NCBI GenBank assembly: GCA_934254915.1
Contig: CAKQMH010000005.1
Location: 23,359-87,358, forward strand
Source of the DNA: an uncultured Alphaproteobacteria bacterium
GTDB lineage: Bacteria > Pseudomonadota > Alphaproteobacteria > RF32 > CAG-239
Direction: 5' to 3'
DNA: 64,000 nucleotides
Below the pieces are notes generated by a model that did not search any database, was not told the origin of the DNA, and saw nothing but the letters and a program-made list of their open reading frames with translations. Position 1 is the stretch's first letter, and each line of letters begins with the position of its first letter. A program made the translations under genes and the position numbers. Of this stretch, positions 5,880-15,775 are shown one piece after another.

Positions 5880-8069
5880 CTAACCGCCGATTTTAAGGGC
5901 GTAATAGTTACCAGTTGGGTCTTGAATCATTTTATATCCCGAAGTTCCTGAAAATCCTGAATATATGTTGTCAACATATACGCCAGCAATTTCAAAAGCA
6001 TTATAGCCATTACATTGATTACTATAACCACAATATGAACTTTCCGTTAGCTCACATTCATTACCGGTCGTCGTATCATAAAGATTGAGAGTGACATTTG
6101 CACTGCCGGAGAAGTTTGCGATACAAGGTCCTTGATTGCTATCGTCCCATCCAAGTTCAAGACTCACGATTTTAATGGTGCGAATAGCATAGCAGGTTGT
6201 ACCGATTTCGCTTAATTTTTCATAGCAAGTGGTATCACCTGAGTAGAAATTATAATTTGAACAGAGCGAGATACCACTTGGCTCGCTTGATTCATAGCCG
6301 CTTGATTCACAAGTTGCAACTGGTTTAGTATTGCAATCCTGAACACAAACAGTTAACGGCGTTCCCCCCCCGCCATTCGGCATACAGCTACCGCCACCAC
6401 TTGCCCAGCTGAAACAACCACCATTTGATAAAGCATGATGAGCATCACCAGTACCACAAGGTCCACCGCCATTGGGAACGCCATGGGAGTCACAATAAGT
6501 TCCCGTTGTTGCGCTTGTCAGCCATGGTGTACCGCTAGTCAGGACAGTCTTTTTAGTTCCACTTGGCAAAGCTGCTGCAAGAGCATTAAGTGACGAAGTC
6601 ATTCCTACTTCAGGAACAATTCCACCCAAAGACGAACATGTTTTAAATTGTCCGCCGGTTTGATTTCTCTGTTCAGCCTTCAGCAAAATATAATTTTTAT
6701 GGTTGTAAGTGAAACCAACCGCTTCACCGGATGGTGTACGCAAGAGATCATCTTTCGTAGTGGTATAAAATCCGGGTGTGCAATAAGTTGCACGACAATC
6801 ATTAAAACATTTTGTGCCGTCGGCTAAGGTTTCCAATGTACATTCCTGCCCTGACTGGATATTTGAGCGCCAACCTTTAGCCTCACAAGTTGTTGCTTCT
6901 TCATTCTTTATACAATCGCCGTTAGTCAGTGTGTAGCCGGTTTTGCAAGTTGCTGCAACATAATAGGTTACTTTTTCGTCACCGCAGCCGGTTGAACACA
7001 TGCCGACTAAACCCGCACCCTTAGGTTTGGCAGTCAAAGGATATTTAGTACGATCACACTCGGAATTATTTTTACATCCACAAGAGCAACATTGTTTTCC
7101 ACCGGACCAGCCGTTGCAGATTAAATCCGGTTTGTTGCTGGAGCTGGAGCAGCTTGAAACGGCATTATCATAGCCGGTCGGGCAAGCAACCGCACTGCAC
7201 GCGCCGCCCCTGATTTTTTTCCAGCCTTTGTCGGTATCGCAGGCGCAAGTCGCCGGATTGGTGCCGGATGAAATATAGCCTCTGGATGCATCACAGACAC
7301 AGCCGCTGCCACTGGCGACAAAGCCTTTGAGGGTGTTGCAGGTGCAAGTTTTTCTGTCATCATCATAGATAAAGCCGGCATCGGTGTTGCAGACACGTTC
7401 GCACGCTGTGCAGTTGCCTTTGAGCCGATCTCCACTGGTGCAGGTATATCCTTTGCTTTCATCACACCAACAATGATAATTGGTGCTGCCGTTTATAGTG
7501 CAGGATGAACAAAACATACCATCGACATTTGGGGAAGAGCTTAAGGGATAATAAGATGTCGGACAACCGCAACTTTCATAATAAGTCCAAGCATCATTAC
7601 GATTAAAGCACCCCTCGCCTACTCCTTTATAGCCCTGATCTGCACATTCAGTTTCCGAAATCCAACCATCCGGACAGCCGCAAGCGGTATAAAGATATTC
7701 GCCGGCATCTTCACTATAACATTTGTCACCAACCGGTCTCTCACCTGTGCTGGCATACTTACATTTTTCGGCTTTTGCGCCGGTGCCATAACGATATTTA
7801 GACGGACAAATGCATTTATAACAGGTTTTGCCCTGATATATGGTTTTCGGGTTGCCTAAGATTTGCGAGGATGTACAAGATGATAAACCATCAACATATC
7901 CATAATCTGCGCAACTGCCGCCGTTACTGGGGTTATATTTACTGTCATTAGTACGACCGTCTAAACCGGCTTGATAAGTGGGTAAAAAATATGTACGGGC
8001 AAAAGCTCCACTAATAGCCAGAACCAAAATTGCGATTACACACGCAACCAAACGCATAGATTTAGACAT
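5880..8069 (-). CDS. Large secreted cysteine-rich protein (729 aa, about 60 Cys by hand count), unknown family
   Basis: Signal peptide MSKSMRLVACVIAILVLAISGAFA, with RBS AGGTG. It has reiterated CxC(D/N)xx(K/R)G(Y/F/W) motifs (CWCDESKGY, CTCNTLKGF, CVCDASRGY, CACDTDKGW). The long ORF has no competing frame. Confidence 0.7.
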   Translation of the reverse strand: MSKSMRLVACVIAILVLAISGAFARTYFLPTYQAGLDGRTNDSKYNPSNGGSCADYGYVDGLSSCTSSQILGNPKTIYQGKTCYKCICPSKYRYGTGAKAEKCKYASTGERPVGDKCYSEDAGEYLYTACGCPDGWISETECADQGYKGVGEGCFNRNDAWTYYESCGCPTSYYPLSSSPNVDGMFCSSCTINGSTNYHCWCDESKGYTCTSGDRLKGNCTACERVCNTDAGFIYDDDRKTCTCNTLKGFVASGSGCVCDASRGYISSGTNPATCACDTDKGWKKIRGGACSAVACPTGYDNAVSSCSSSSNKPDLICNGWSGGKQCCSCGCKNNSECDRTKYPLTAKPKGAGLVGMCSTGCGDEKVTYYVAATCKTGYTLTNGDCIKNEEATTCEAKGWRSNIQSGQECTLETLADGTKCFNDCRATYCTPGFYTTTKDDLLRTPSGEAVGFTYNHKNYILLKAEQRNQTGGQFKTCSSLGGIVPEVGMTSSLNALAAALPSGTKKTVLTSGTPWLTSATTGTYCDSHGVPNGGGPCGTGDAHHALSNGGCFSWASGGGSCMPNGGGGTPLTVCVQDCNTKPVATCESSGYESSEPSGISLCSNYNFYSGDTTCYEKLSEIGTTCYAIRTIKIVSLELGWDDSNQGPCIANFSGSANVTLNLYDTTTGNECELTESSYCGYSNQCNGYNAFEIAGVYVDNIYSGFSGTSGYKMIQDPTGNYYALKIGG

Positions 8070-8160
8070 GTCAACACCTATCCATAATTATGTATATTTT
8101 TGATTATAACTTAAAATAGTAAATAATTCAATAAAATTAGAAACGGAAAATGATACACAA

Positions 8161-8257
8161 GGTCAGGGTGGATGACAATAATAGTGCCGCGACTGATGCG
8201 CGGCACAAGGAATAAGGACGAGACCTTTCGACTTCGCTCAACATGACATTTAAATAG
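8161..8257. repeat. Second locus of the mosaic palindromic repeat (about 1.3 units)
   Basis: GGTCAGGGTGGATGACAAT + hairpin GTGCCGCG-ACTGATG-CGCGGCAC (8184-8206) + AATAAGGACGAGACCTTTCGACTTCGCTCAACATGACATT. This aligns box by box with 5608-5840. Confidence 0.8.
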
Positions 8258-8273
8258 TCAATCTTACCTGATA

Positions 8274-8723
8274 TTACTGCTGCTTGGCGGCATGTGCCTT
8301 ATACATGGCAACAAAGTCTATCGGATTTAACATAATCGGAGGCAAACCACCGTTATACATAACGTTAGTTACGGCCTGACGCGCATAAGGGAACAACATA
8401 TGCGGAACTTCAATCAACAACACCGGCTGCAGATGTTCGGCCGGCACATTCAGCTCCACAACACCGCAATACGACATTTCCAAAATAAAAAACTTCTGTT
8501 CCTTAACATCACCGTCAATTCGAATATTCAGTTCAACATTATATAATGAATCATGCAAATTGCGAGTATTGATATTAACATCAATCTTAACTTCCGGATG
8601 GGCCAAAGACTGCGTGAATATTTCCGGAGCATGAGGAATCTCCAACGACAAGTCTTTAATATATTGGTTATGTATTTGAATAGCCGGAATATTCTTGTTT
8701 TCAGCCGCATTTGATTCTGCCAT
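8274..8723 (-). CDS. secB: Protein-export chaperone SecB
   Basis: IQIHNQYIKDLSLEIPHAP..., PHMLFPYARQAVTNV... and LPPIMLNPIDF are typical of SecB. The start is placed at the third codon of the listed ORF (GAGGAG + 7 nt). Confidence 0.88.
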   Translation of the reverse strand: MAESNAAENKNIPAIQIHNQYIKDLSLEIPHAPEIFTQSLAHPEVKIDVNINTRNLHDSLYNVELNIRIDGDVKEQKFFILEMSYCGVVELNVPAEHLQPVLLIEVPHMLFPYARQAVTNVMYNGGLPPIMLNPIDFVAMYKAHAAKQQ

Positions 8724-8854
8724 AATCATTCTCCTCTAATAAAGCATAAATTTATATCTTTTTACACGCAAATTTTGTTAACGTCAAATGATAATAATGG
8801 TTGATAATAGTTATAAATAAGCTATATTTATGTCTGGAAAAGAGGATAAAAATA

Positions 8855-9523
8855 ATGAATATGGATATTATCGCCCTGGCACTGGTGGTAGTGCTGATTT
8901 TTGTTAAACTGCGCAGTCTGCTCGGAACAACGCCGGCTAATGAACAAAAAGTCCGCCTGAGCAAAGAAAGCGCCGAAAAACTTTATAATATTTTGCTTAA
9001 AGAAGCGGCCAAACAAGCGCCGCGTAATCAGGATTTGCCGTTGCCGGAAGAGCTTATTCCCGAAGAGGATTTGAACAAGATGAGCGATTTGGACAAGACT
9101 TTGGCGCGAATCCCCAATTTTAACAAAAATAAGTTTTTAACCTCCGCGCAAAATGCTTTTCAAGTGATTACCGAAGCTTTTAACAAGGCCGATACAGAAA
9201 CGCTTGAAGTTTTGGTTAACAAAACAATCTTTAAGAAATTTCAGGAAGTTATTAACCAGCGGCAGCAAAACAACATCACCGCTGAAACCGATTTTATCTG
9301 CTTTGACAAGACTGACATCATCAAAGCCGAAATAACCAAAGCGGAAACAGCGCGCCTCAGTGTGGAATTTGTTTCCGAACAGGTTAATGTGCTGCGTGAC
9401 GCGGAAGGTAATATTATTGAAGGTGATGAAAATTATATTCAAAATATCACCGATGTATGGACTTTTGAAAAAGCTTTAACCTCAACCGCGCCTAATTGGC
9501 TTTTGATTTCGACGAAAAAATAA
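8855..9523 (+). CDS. Tim44-like domain protein
   Basis: N-terminal TM helix (MNMDIIALALVVVLIFV). The C-terminal domain ...FLTSAQNAFQVITEAFNKAD...DVWTFEKAL...PNWLLISTK is characteristic. It has the conserved alphaproteobacterial position between secB and mltA. Confidence 0.8.
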   Translation: MNMDIIALALVVVLIFVKLRSLLGTTPANEQKVRLSKESAEKLYNILLKEAAKQAPRNQDLPLPEELIPEEDLNKMSDLDKTLARIPNFNKNKFLTSAQNAFQVITEAFNKADTETLEVLVNKTIFKKFQEVINQRQQNNITAETDFICFDKTDIIKAEITKAETARLSVEFVSEQVNVLRDAEGNIIEGDENYIQNITDVWTFEKALTSTAPNWLLISTKK

Positions 9524-10710
9524 TGTACCGTTTACTACTCGCATTGACTTTGGTTATCGGACTGGCGACTTCCTGCAAACAGGAGGAATCCAAACCTACG
9601 GAAAATCTGCCGCCAGTGCAGGATGAGGTTGCTGTCACCAAGCCTGACTTGGAACTTAAGTTGGTTGATTTTACGGAGCTTAACGGCTTTGAGCAAGACC
9701 AAATGCTTGATTTTTATCAAGCCTGGCAACGCAGCTGTGCCGCGGTTTCCCGCCGCAAAAATCTGCTGGATAATCAGGCTCAAATTAAAATCAGTGCTGA
9801 ACAATATCAAAAAATCTGCGCTAAACTGAGCGATGTTAACCCCCGCAACCTGCAGAAATTCATCAAAGCCAACTTTCGCCCGTTTTTAGTTACCTACAAA
9901 GGCAGCAGTGACGGCAAGTTCACCTCTTATTATGAGGCGGAACTTAATGCCTCCCGCCGCCAAAGCGAGAAATACCGCTTTCCGATTTACGGACGTCCGG
10001 CGGATTTGATTGAATTTAACCCTCACGATTTTGACGAAAATATGCCCTCGAAACGGCTGGTCGGCATGGTGGCCGGACAAAGGCTTATTCCCTACTATAC
10101 CAGAGAAGAAATTTTTCGCAAAGGATATAAAGCGCCGGTTATTTTGTGGGCTGATGATTATGTTGACGTGTATGTTATGCAGATTCAAGGTTCGGCCGTA
10201 GCCCAATTGGATGACGGCAGCCGCGTGCGCATCGGTTTTGCCGACACGAACGGACGCAAATTTAAGGGCATCGGCAGCATTTTGCTGGAAAAAGGGCTGA
10301 TTAAAGCCGGTCAAGCATCAATGGGCAATATCAAAAAATGGCTTAAGCAACAAGGTGAAAAAGCTTATCCGCACATGAATGCCAATCAACGCTTTGTTTT
10401 TCATCGTCTGATTGACGCTGAAGGCCCGATCGGCGCTCAAGGAGTGCCTTTAACCGCCGGACGTTCCTTAGCCGTTGATACTAATTTTGTGCCTTTGGGA
10501 GCTTTGCTGTGGTTGGAAACAACCGGCCCTGACCATGAGGCCATTAATAAAATGGTGGTGGCGCAAGATATCGGCGGTGCTATCAAAGGTGCTGTTCGCG
10601 GCGATTATTTCTGGGGCAGCGGACATGATGAGGTTTTGGAACAGGCCGGAAAGATGAATGCCAAAGGCCGATATTTTGTATTATTGCCCCTGGCGGCAAA
10701 TGGAAATTAG
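9523..10710 (+). CDS. mltA: Membrane-bound lytic murein transglycosylase A
   Basis: Lipobox LATSC. MltA/3D-domain motifs AVDTNFVPLGALLWLET and VAQDIGGAIKGAVRGDYFWGSG. The start overlaps the upstream stop (TAATG). Confidence 0.88.
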   Translation: MYRLLLALTLVIGLATSCKQEESKPTENLPPVQDEVAVTKPDLELKLVDFTELNGFEQDQMLDFYQAWQRSCAAVSRRKNLLDNQAQIKISAEQYQKICAKLSDVNPRNLQKFIKANFRPFLVTYKGSSDGKFTSYYEAELNASRRQSEKYRFPIYGRPADLIEFNPHDFDENMPSKRLVGMVAGQRLIPYYTREEIFRKGYKAPVILWADDYVDVYVMQIQGSAVAQLDDGSRVRIGFADTNGRKFKGIGSILLEKGLIKAGQASMGNIKKWLKQQGEKAYPHMNANQRFVFHRLIDAEGPIGAQGVPLTAGRSLAVDTNFVPLGALLWLETTGPDHEAINKMVVAQDIGGAIKGAVRGDYFWGSGHDEVLEQAGKMNAKGRYFVLLPLAANGN

Positions 10711-10727
10711 CAATCAGCGGAGGAAAT

Positions 10728-11237
10728 ATGGCAGGAAAGAAAAAAATCGCCAATCGCGCGGAAATGATGATTTATCATGCTTTGACGAAAGCCGTAAATG
10801 AAAACAAATTACGCATTTATCTTGACTATGGCAAAATCAACCGCCCGCAGTCGCCGGTATATGATCCGTGGGAGACTTTACTGCCGATATTAGTACCGGT
10901 TTTGTTGGGGCTGATACTGATTATCTTTGGCGGCGTATTGTTCGGTTTGCTGTTTATTATCGGCATGATTTTAATCTACTCGGGATTTGTGAAGAAAAAA
11001 ATTCATGCCCAATTAGTCCAACGCACCAAGCTGCATATTACCGAATCTTACGAAAGCTTTATGGAGCTGTGGAATTTCGGCGGTTTTGTTTTAGTTAATG
11101 CCGAAAACAAAAAAAGCGGCTGTGTGGCAGCTAACGGCGACTGGAAAGAATTTATCGTCAATAATTTTGCAGATTTAATGATTGACAAGCCGGCGGAAAA
11201 ACCGGCACAGGACAGCAAAACCGATGAAACAGCTTAA
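10728..11237 (+). CDS. Hypothetical membrane protein (2 TM)
   Basis: RBS GGAGGA. Hydrophobic stretch LLPILVPVLLGLILIIFGGVLFGLLFIIGMILIY. I recognise no family. Confidence 0.55.
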   Translation: MAGKKKIANRAEMMIYHALTKAVNENKLRIYLDYGKINRPQSPVYDPWETLLPILVPVLLGLILIIFGGVLFGLLFIIGMILIYSGFVKKKIHAQLVQRTKLHITESYESFMELWNFGGFVLVNAENKKSGCVAANGDWKEFIVNNFADLMIDKPAEKPAQDSKTDETA

Positions 11238-11799
11238 AGAACAAGCCGCACCGGAAACGGATGAGGCGTGGACAGAGGCGCTGAAAGGCGTCAAAAGGCT
11301 CAAACCCTGTGACGAGCCGCCGACCAAGCCTCTGGTTATTGAGCAAATCAGCGAACACATTAATTATCAGGAAGCATATAACGGCGCACCGTTAAGCCGC
11401 CTCACCCACGGTTGTGTAGATAATATTGACCGCCGACTGGCCGATAAATTCCGCCGCGGAGAATTAGCCATCGAACGACGCATTGACCTGCATGGAATGA
11501 CGGAAGACACGGCGTTTAACGCTGTCAGCGAATTTATCAAAAAAGCCTATATTGACCAGTTGCGCTGCGTATTGGTTGTCACCGGCAAAGGTCTGCATCA
11601 GGAAGACGATATCTGGTTTGAACGGCGCGGAGTTTTGCGGGAGTTAGTTCCGCAATGGCTGAATACTAATGAGCTGCGCCCGCTGCTGTTGAGTTTTTGT
11701 TATGCGCAACCGGCGGACGGAGGAGAAGGCGCACTTTATGTTTTGTTGCGTGCCCATCACCATCGTACCGGCAAACTTAAGCGTTGGTTTTCTTTTTGA
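11224..11799 (+). CDS. Smr/MutS2-C domain protein
   Basis: IDLHGMTEDTAFNAVSEFIKKAY...VLVVTGKG...GGEGALYVLL. The start is placed at an internal ATG overlapping the upstream stop. Confidence 0.8.
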   Translation: MKQLKEQAAPETDEAWTEALKGVKRLKPCDEPPTKPLVIEQISEHINYQEAYNGAPLSRLTHGCVDNIDRRLADKFRRGELAIERRIDLHGMTEDTAFNAVSEFIKKAYIDQLRCVLVVTGKGLHQEDDIWFERRGVLRELVPQWLNTNELRPLLLSFCYAQPADGGEGALYVLLRAHHHRTGKLKRWFSF

Positions 11800-13555
11800 A
11801 CTGAGCGTTATATAGTGAACGATAAGCCCCGTTTTCAATTTGGAGCAATTGTTCGTGAGTGCCGCGTTCAACAATCTCACCATCGTTAATGACCAGAATT
11901 TCATCAGCATTTTGAATGGTTGACAGCCGGTGAGCAATAACAAACACCGTACGATCCTGCATCAGGTTATCAATCGCCATTTGCACCACTGCCTCAGCCT
12001 TATTATCAAGCGCCGAAGTGGCCTCATCCAAAATAACAATCGGAGCATTTTTCAGGAATGCGCGAGCGATTGCCAAGCGTTGACGCTGGCCGCCGGAAAG
12101 CAGCGAGCCGCGTTCGCCGATATAGGTATCAAGACCTTGCTCATGTTCTTCAACAAAATCTTTTAAAAATGCCATTTCCAGAGCTTTATTAATTTCCGCA
12201 TCGGTAGCATCGGGCTTACCTAACAGGATATTATCACGAATAGTTCCCGAAAATAGGAAATTATCTTGAAAGACAACGGCAATATTTTGGCGCAGACTGT
12301 TAAGGCTGTAATCGCGAATATCAACCCCGTCTATTGAAATCGAGCCGGAGCAGACATCATAAAAACGCGGCAGCAGACTGACAAAAGTTGACTTTCCACC
12401 GCCAGAGTTGCCGACCAAGGCAATGGTCTTACCTGATTTGACATCGACATTGATATCTTTCAAAATCGGAGTTTCCGGATTATAGGCAAAGTTAACATGG
12501 TCAAATTTAATATCGCGCTTGATTTGCGACAAAACTTTGGCCTGCGGCTTGTCTTCAACATCGGGTTTGAGCTCCAAAATTTCAGAAATACGCTCAATTG
12601 CCAAAAATGACACCTGAACCGCGCTGAAGTTTTTGCCAATATTTTTAATCGGATTATAAAGCATAATCAAAGCAGTAATAAAAGATACGAAGTTACCGCT
12701 GGTGATAGTGCCGTTAACAATCAAATAGCTGCCGTAACCGATAACCGCGCCGATACCGATTGACGCCACAACGTGCAGCATCGGGGTCATCCAAGCGGTC
12801 TTTTGAATCATTTTAATACATAATTTAAACAATTTGCGCATGGTGGTTTCATACTTACCAAACTCATGCTCCTGCAGATTATACGATGCAATGGTTTTGT
12901 TGCCGGCGTAAGTTTCATTGTAGTTGGTTAAAATAGTCGAGCTTTCATTAACCGTTTTGTAGATAACGTCTTTAATCATCCTGCGAACCTGCGCCAACGG
13001 CAGCAAAGCACAAACCAGCACGGCAATAGCGATAATCGAGAGCTGCCAGGAGTTATAAATCAAGACGCCGATCAGCGACAATGATGAAAAAATACGCGAG
13101 GTAAACAGCCGAAAGTTATCAATCAAACCGGTACAGGAAGTATCGACATCAGTTGAAAAACGCTGAATAATGTAGCCGGAATCATTGCGGTCATAATAAG
13201 AAGGCGATAAGAACAAAAGTTTGCGGTAAAGGGCTAATTTTACATCCATGGTAATTTTGCCGCCGACCCAAGAGTTCATATAGGTGGCAAGGTAATTCAG
13301 CGCGCCTTGAACGATAGTAAAACCGACAATCAGCAACGGTATATACATTGGCGATTGTTCGCTTTTGTCGACCAAGACCACGTCCATATACGGCTTGAGA
13401 GCCATGGCGACAACCGCATCCAAAGCCCCGATAGGAATGCACAAAGCTATGGCAAAAATAGCGCGGAACAAATATGGCTTAACAAACGGCCACATAACTT
13501 TGTAGTGATCCATAACTTTTAATTTCGGCGCTTCTTTAATTCGGTCTTTTTTCAT
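11777..13555 (-). CDS. ABC transporter permease/ATPase fusion, MsbA-like exporter
   Basis: Six-TM N-domain. Walker A GNSGGGKST, signature LSGGQRQR, Walker B IVILDEATSALD. Confidence 0.88.
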   Translation of the reverse strand: MKKDRIKEAPKLKVMDHYKVMWPFVKPYLFRAIFAIALCIPIGALDAVVAMALKPYMDVVLVDKSEQSPMYIPLLIVGFTIVQGALNYLATYMNSWVGGKITMDVKLALYRKLLFLSPSYYDRNDSGYIIQRFSTDVDTSCTGLIDNFRLFTSRIFSSLSLIGVLIYNSWQLSIIAIAVLVCALLPLAQVRRMIKDVIYKTVNESSTILTNYNETYAGNKTIASYNLQEHEFGKYETTMRKLFKLCIKMIQKTAWMTPMLHVVASIGIGAVIGYGSYLIVNGTITSGNFVSFITALIMLYNPIKNIGKNFSAVQVSFLAIERISEILELKPDVEDKPQAKVLSQIKRDIKFDHVNFAYNPETPILKDINVDVKSGKTIALVGNSGGGKSTFVSLLPRFYDVCSGSISIDGVDIRDYSLNSLRQNIAVVFQDNFLFSGTIRDNILLGKPDATDAEINKALEMAFLKDFVEEHEQGLDTYIGERGSLLSGGQRQRLAIARAFLKNAPIVILDEATSALDNKAEAVVQMAIDNLMQDRTVFVIAHRLSTIQNADEILVINDGEIVERGTHEQLLQIENGAYRSLYNAQFKKKTNA

Positions 13556-13572
13556 ATTAATCCTTCAGGTAA

Positions 13573-14013
13573 TCAAAGTAAATGTAGGAGTTTGAGTATA
13601 GCCCAAACACAGACAAATTCCATAACAATCATCAATTTATACATATATTGATAGCTGGCTTTGGCGGTTTTGTGGCGGAAAAACTTTTGCGCCAAACAAG
13701 CCCCTATCCAGCCGCCCAAAAATTCCAAAGCATGCAAGTCGCGTTCGGGAACACGCCAGGCATGACGGACGGCGGCTCTTTTATCCACGCCATAGGCAAT
13801 AAAAGTTGTAATATTTATACTGACCAGCTGAAAAACTAAAAACAGCAACAAGGTTTTATAGCTAAGAATGTTCTCAATACGAAAAACATTGTTTTCAAAA
13901 TACCAGGCGGCAATAATAACCACAGCAGAGTTCAACAAATAAAACCTATTACGCTGCAAAGGGCGAAAAACAAATGCTAACCCGAAAAGAATTATACTGA
14001 AAGCGATAACCAT
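13573..14013 (-). CDS. DUF1294 membrane protein
   Basis: AYGVDKRAAVRHAWRVPERDLHALEFLGGWIGACLAQKFFRHKTAK matches the DUF1294 core. Confidence 0.75.
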   Translation of the reverse strand: MVIAFSIILFGLAFVFRPLQRNRFYLLNSAVVIIAAWYFENNVFRIENILSYKTLLLFLVFQLVSINITTFIAYGVDKRAAVRHAWRVPERDLHALEFLGGWIGACLAQKFFRHKTAKASYQYMYKLMIVMEFVCVWAILKLLHLL

Positions 14014-14162
14014 TACTTAATTCCGTTCAATAAAAATATCGGTTGTGAGTTTATTATAAATTAATTTAAATTGCAAATAGTGAATAAGTAAAAAAATATG
14101 ATGTGAATTTTTTAATTTGCTTTTATAATTCGGAGTATTAGGAACTTAAAGGATTTAGTCTG

Positions 14163-14678
14163 ATGAAAAAATTGTGTTTTTTACTGACGTTGGTTTTACT
14201 TGGCGCCTGCTCTACCGAGGAAGAGCTGATTGAAAAAAACATCTATGTTAAAGCACCATACCTGCATGAAAGTCAGGAAGTCGAGATGGAAATGGCAATT
14301 ACGCCCGAAGTTTATGCCTTGGCGGCTACCCGTGCGACCAATAAAATGCTTGATGAAACGCGTGATATTTATGAGAATGGTAACAATGTTTTTCTGTTTA
14401 TAAGCGCGCCGAAAAAACTCGATTCATCACTGCCTGACGGTTTTCATTATGCGCAAAAAGTAACCAATGACATTATTGAAGGGTCAAACGACTATAAAGT
14501 TGTTAGTAATCAGGAAGAAGCCGATTATTATTTGCAGGTTTTGGTTGACAAGAGCGGCACTTTGGATATGCCGGCGATTACATACAAATTAATTATGTTT
14601 GACAATGAAGGAGTTCAGGTCGGTGAATGGAGCGAAACCGTGCGTCGGGTTCGCAATGACGATCGAAGCTGGTGGTAA
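14163..14678 (+). CDS. Lipoprotein, unknown function
   Basis: Lipobox LLGACS. It carries an ADYYLQV motif, like the next gene. Confidence 0.6.
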   Translation: MKKLCFLLTLVLLGACSTEEELIEKNIYVKAPYLHESQEVEMEMAITPEVYALAATRATNKMLDETRDIYENGNNVFLFISAPKKLDSSLPDGFHYAQKVTNDIIEGSNDYKVVSNQEEADYYLQVLVDKSGTLDMPAITYKLIMFDNEGVQVGEWSETVRRVRNDDRSWW

Positions 14679-15775
14679 TGAAACGTTGGCATTACGGTTT
14701 TAGAATCTTAATCTGGGCAATGTTTGCTCCGACGTTATGTTGGGCGCAAGCCGGTTTAGTTGATATAAACGGCACGGCAGACGGTGATAATATTATTAAT
14801 TTATTCGGCGCCGCCTGTGAAGAAATACACTCCGGCGAAGCTAAATCGTCAGTTCGGGTTAGGGCTACCGACAAGGCAAGCTACAAAGCCGTGGAAACCA
14901 TTCCGGAACTAAGTGATTATCGCAGCAGTTTTTCCGCCCATGATTTTAATGTTTTAATCTACCATATAATTGACAATTATCTTGAAGATATGGCGATAAA
15001 AACAGCATCGCAGGATGACAAACAGATTTGTGTGGAAATTACGGCTTATCTCAACAGCGAAAACATCCTCAAAGCCATTAACGACAACTTTAATAAATTC
15101 GGCAAAGACAGCGCAGATACAGCTGAAGAGGCGGATATTGTCAACGAAGTGCAGAACACATATCCTGATGCGTTGGTAATTGAAAATGACAAACAATTAG
15201 TGCCACAGGTGACCGATTTTCCGCCGGCGCCGCAAATTGTGCTGAAAGATGAAATCAGAGCGGAAAACCTTACCGCTGAAAGCCAAGAAAATATTGATGC
15301 CGATATTGTTGACAATAATGGAGAACACAACACCCGCGTATTCATTAATAGAACCAAGTTTTTCAACGGAATGACGACTAACGCTTACTTTAAAGAATTT
15401 GCGCAAATGGTACAACAAAAAAGCGGTGTTACGATTGTTACGGATAAAAATAAGGCCGATTATATTATCAATCCCGAAGTGCTGCGCGCCAAGGTCGATC
15501 CGATAAACAAGCAGACTAATCGTTTGCAAATGGTGGTGTCGTTAGAATTGTTTGATGTAAACAAAAAAACGTCGGTACGCGAGCATCAAAATCGTTTTAT
15601 TCTGTTTGAAAGCACAGAAGATGAACAAACCGTGGCCGGTAATTTGATGAAAAAACTGTTTGCCAAAGCCGGAGAAATTATAGTCGGCAGAATCTCGACC
15701 AAGCCCACCGGAGCTTTAATGGAGAGAGATGCGATTATTACACCAAGCCAACCGAAGAGAGTTAATCTTCCGTAG
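14678..15775 (+). CDS. Secreted protein, unknown function
   Basis: Signal peptide ...MFAPTLCWAQA. The start overlaps the upstream stop (TAATG). The C-terminal ADYIINPEV...LQMVVSLELFD recalls the ADY-type fold of LpoB/FlgO-like lipoproteins, but the resemblance is weak. Confidence 0.55.
   Translation: MKRWHYGFRILIWAMFAPTLCWAQAGLVDINGTADGDNIINLFGAACEEIHSGEAKSSVRVRATDKASYKAVETIPELSDYRSSFSAHDFNVLIYHIIDNYLEDMAIKTASQDDKQICVEITAYLNSENILKAINDNFNKFGKDSADTAEEADIVNEVQNTYPDALVIENDKQLVPQVTDFPPAPQIVLKDEIRAENLTAESQENIDADIVDNNGEHNTRVFINRTKFFNGMTTNAYFKEFAQMVQQKSGVTIVTDKNKADYIINPEVLRAKVDPINKQTNRLQMVVSLELFDVNKKTSVREHQNRFILFESTEDEQTVAGNLMKKLFAKAGEIIVGRISTKPTGALMERDAIITPSQPKRVNLP

Noticed and set aside
7121-7465. 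114-aa same-strand alternative-frame ORF inside the Cys-rich gene
   Set aside because: Its Ala/Pro-rich translation is typical of an off-frame reading of a Gly/Cys/Thr-rich gene. It has no RBS and is fully nested.
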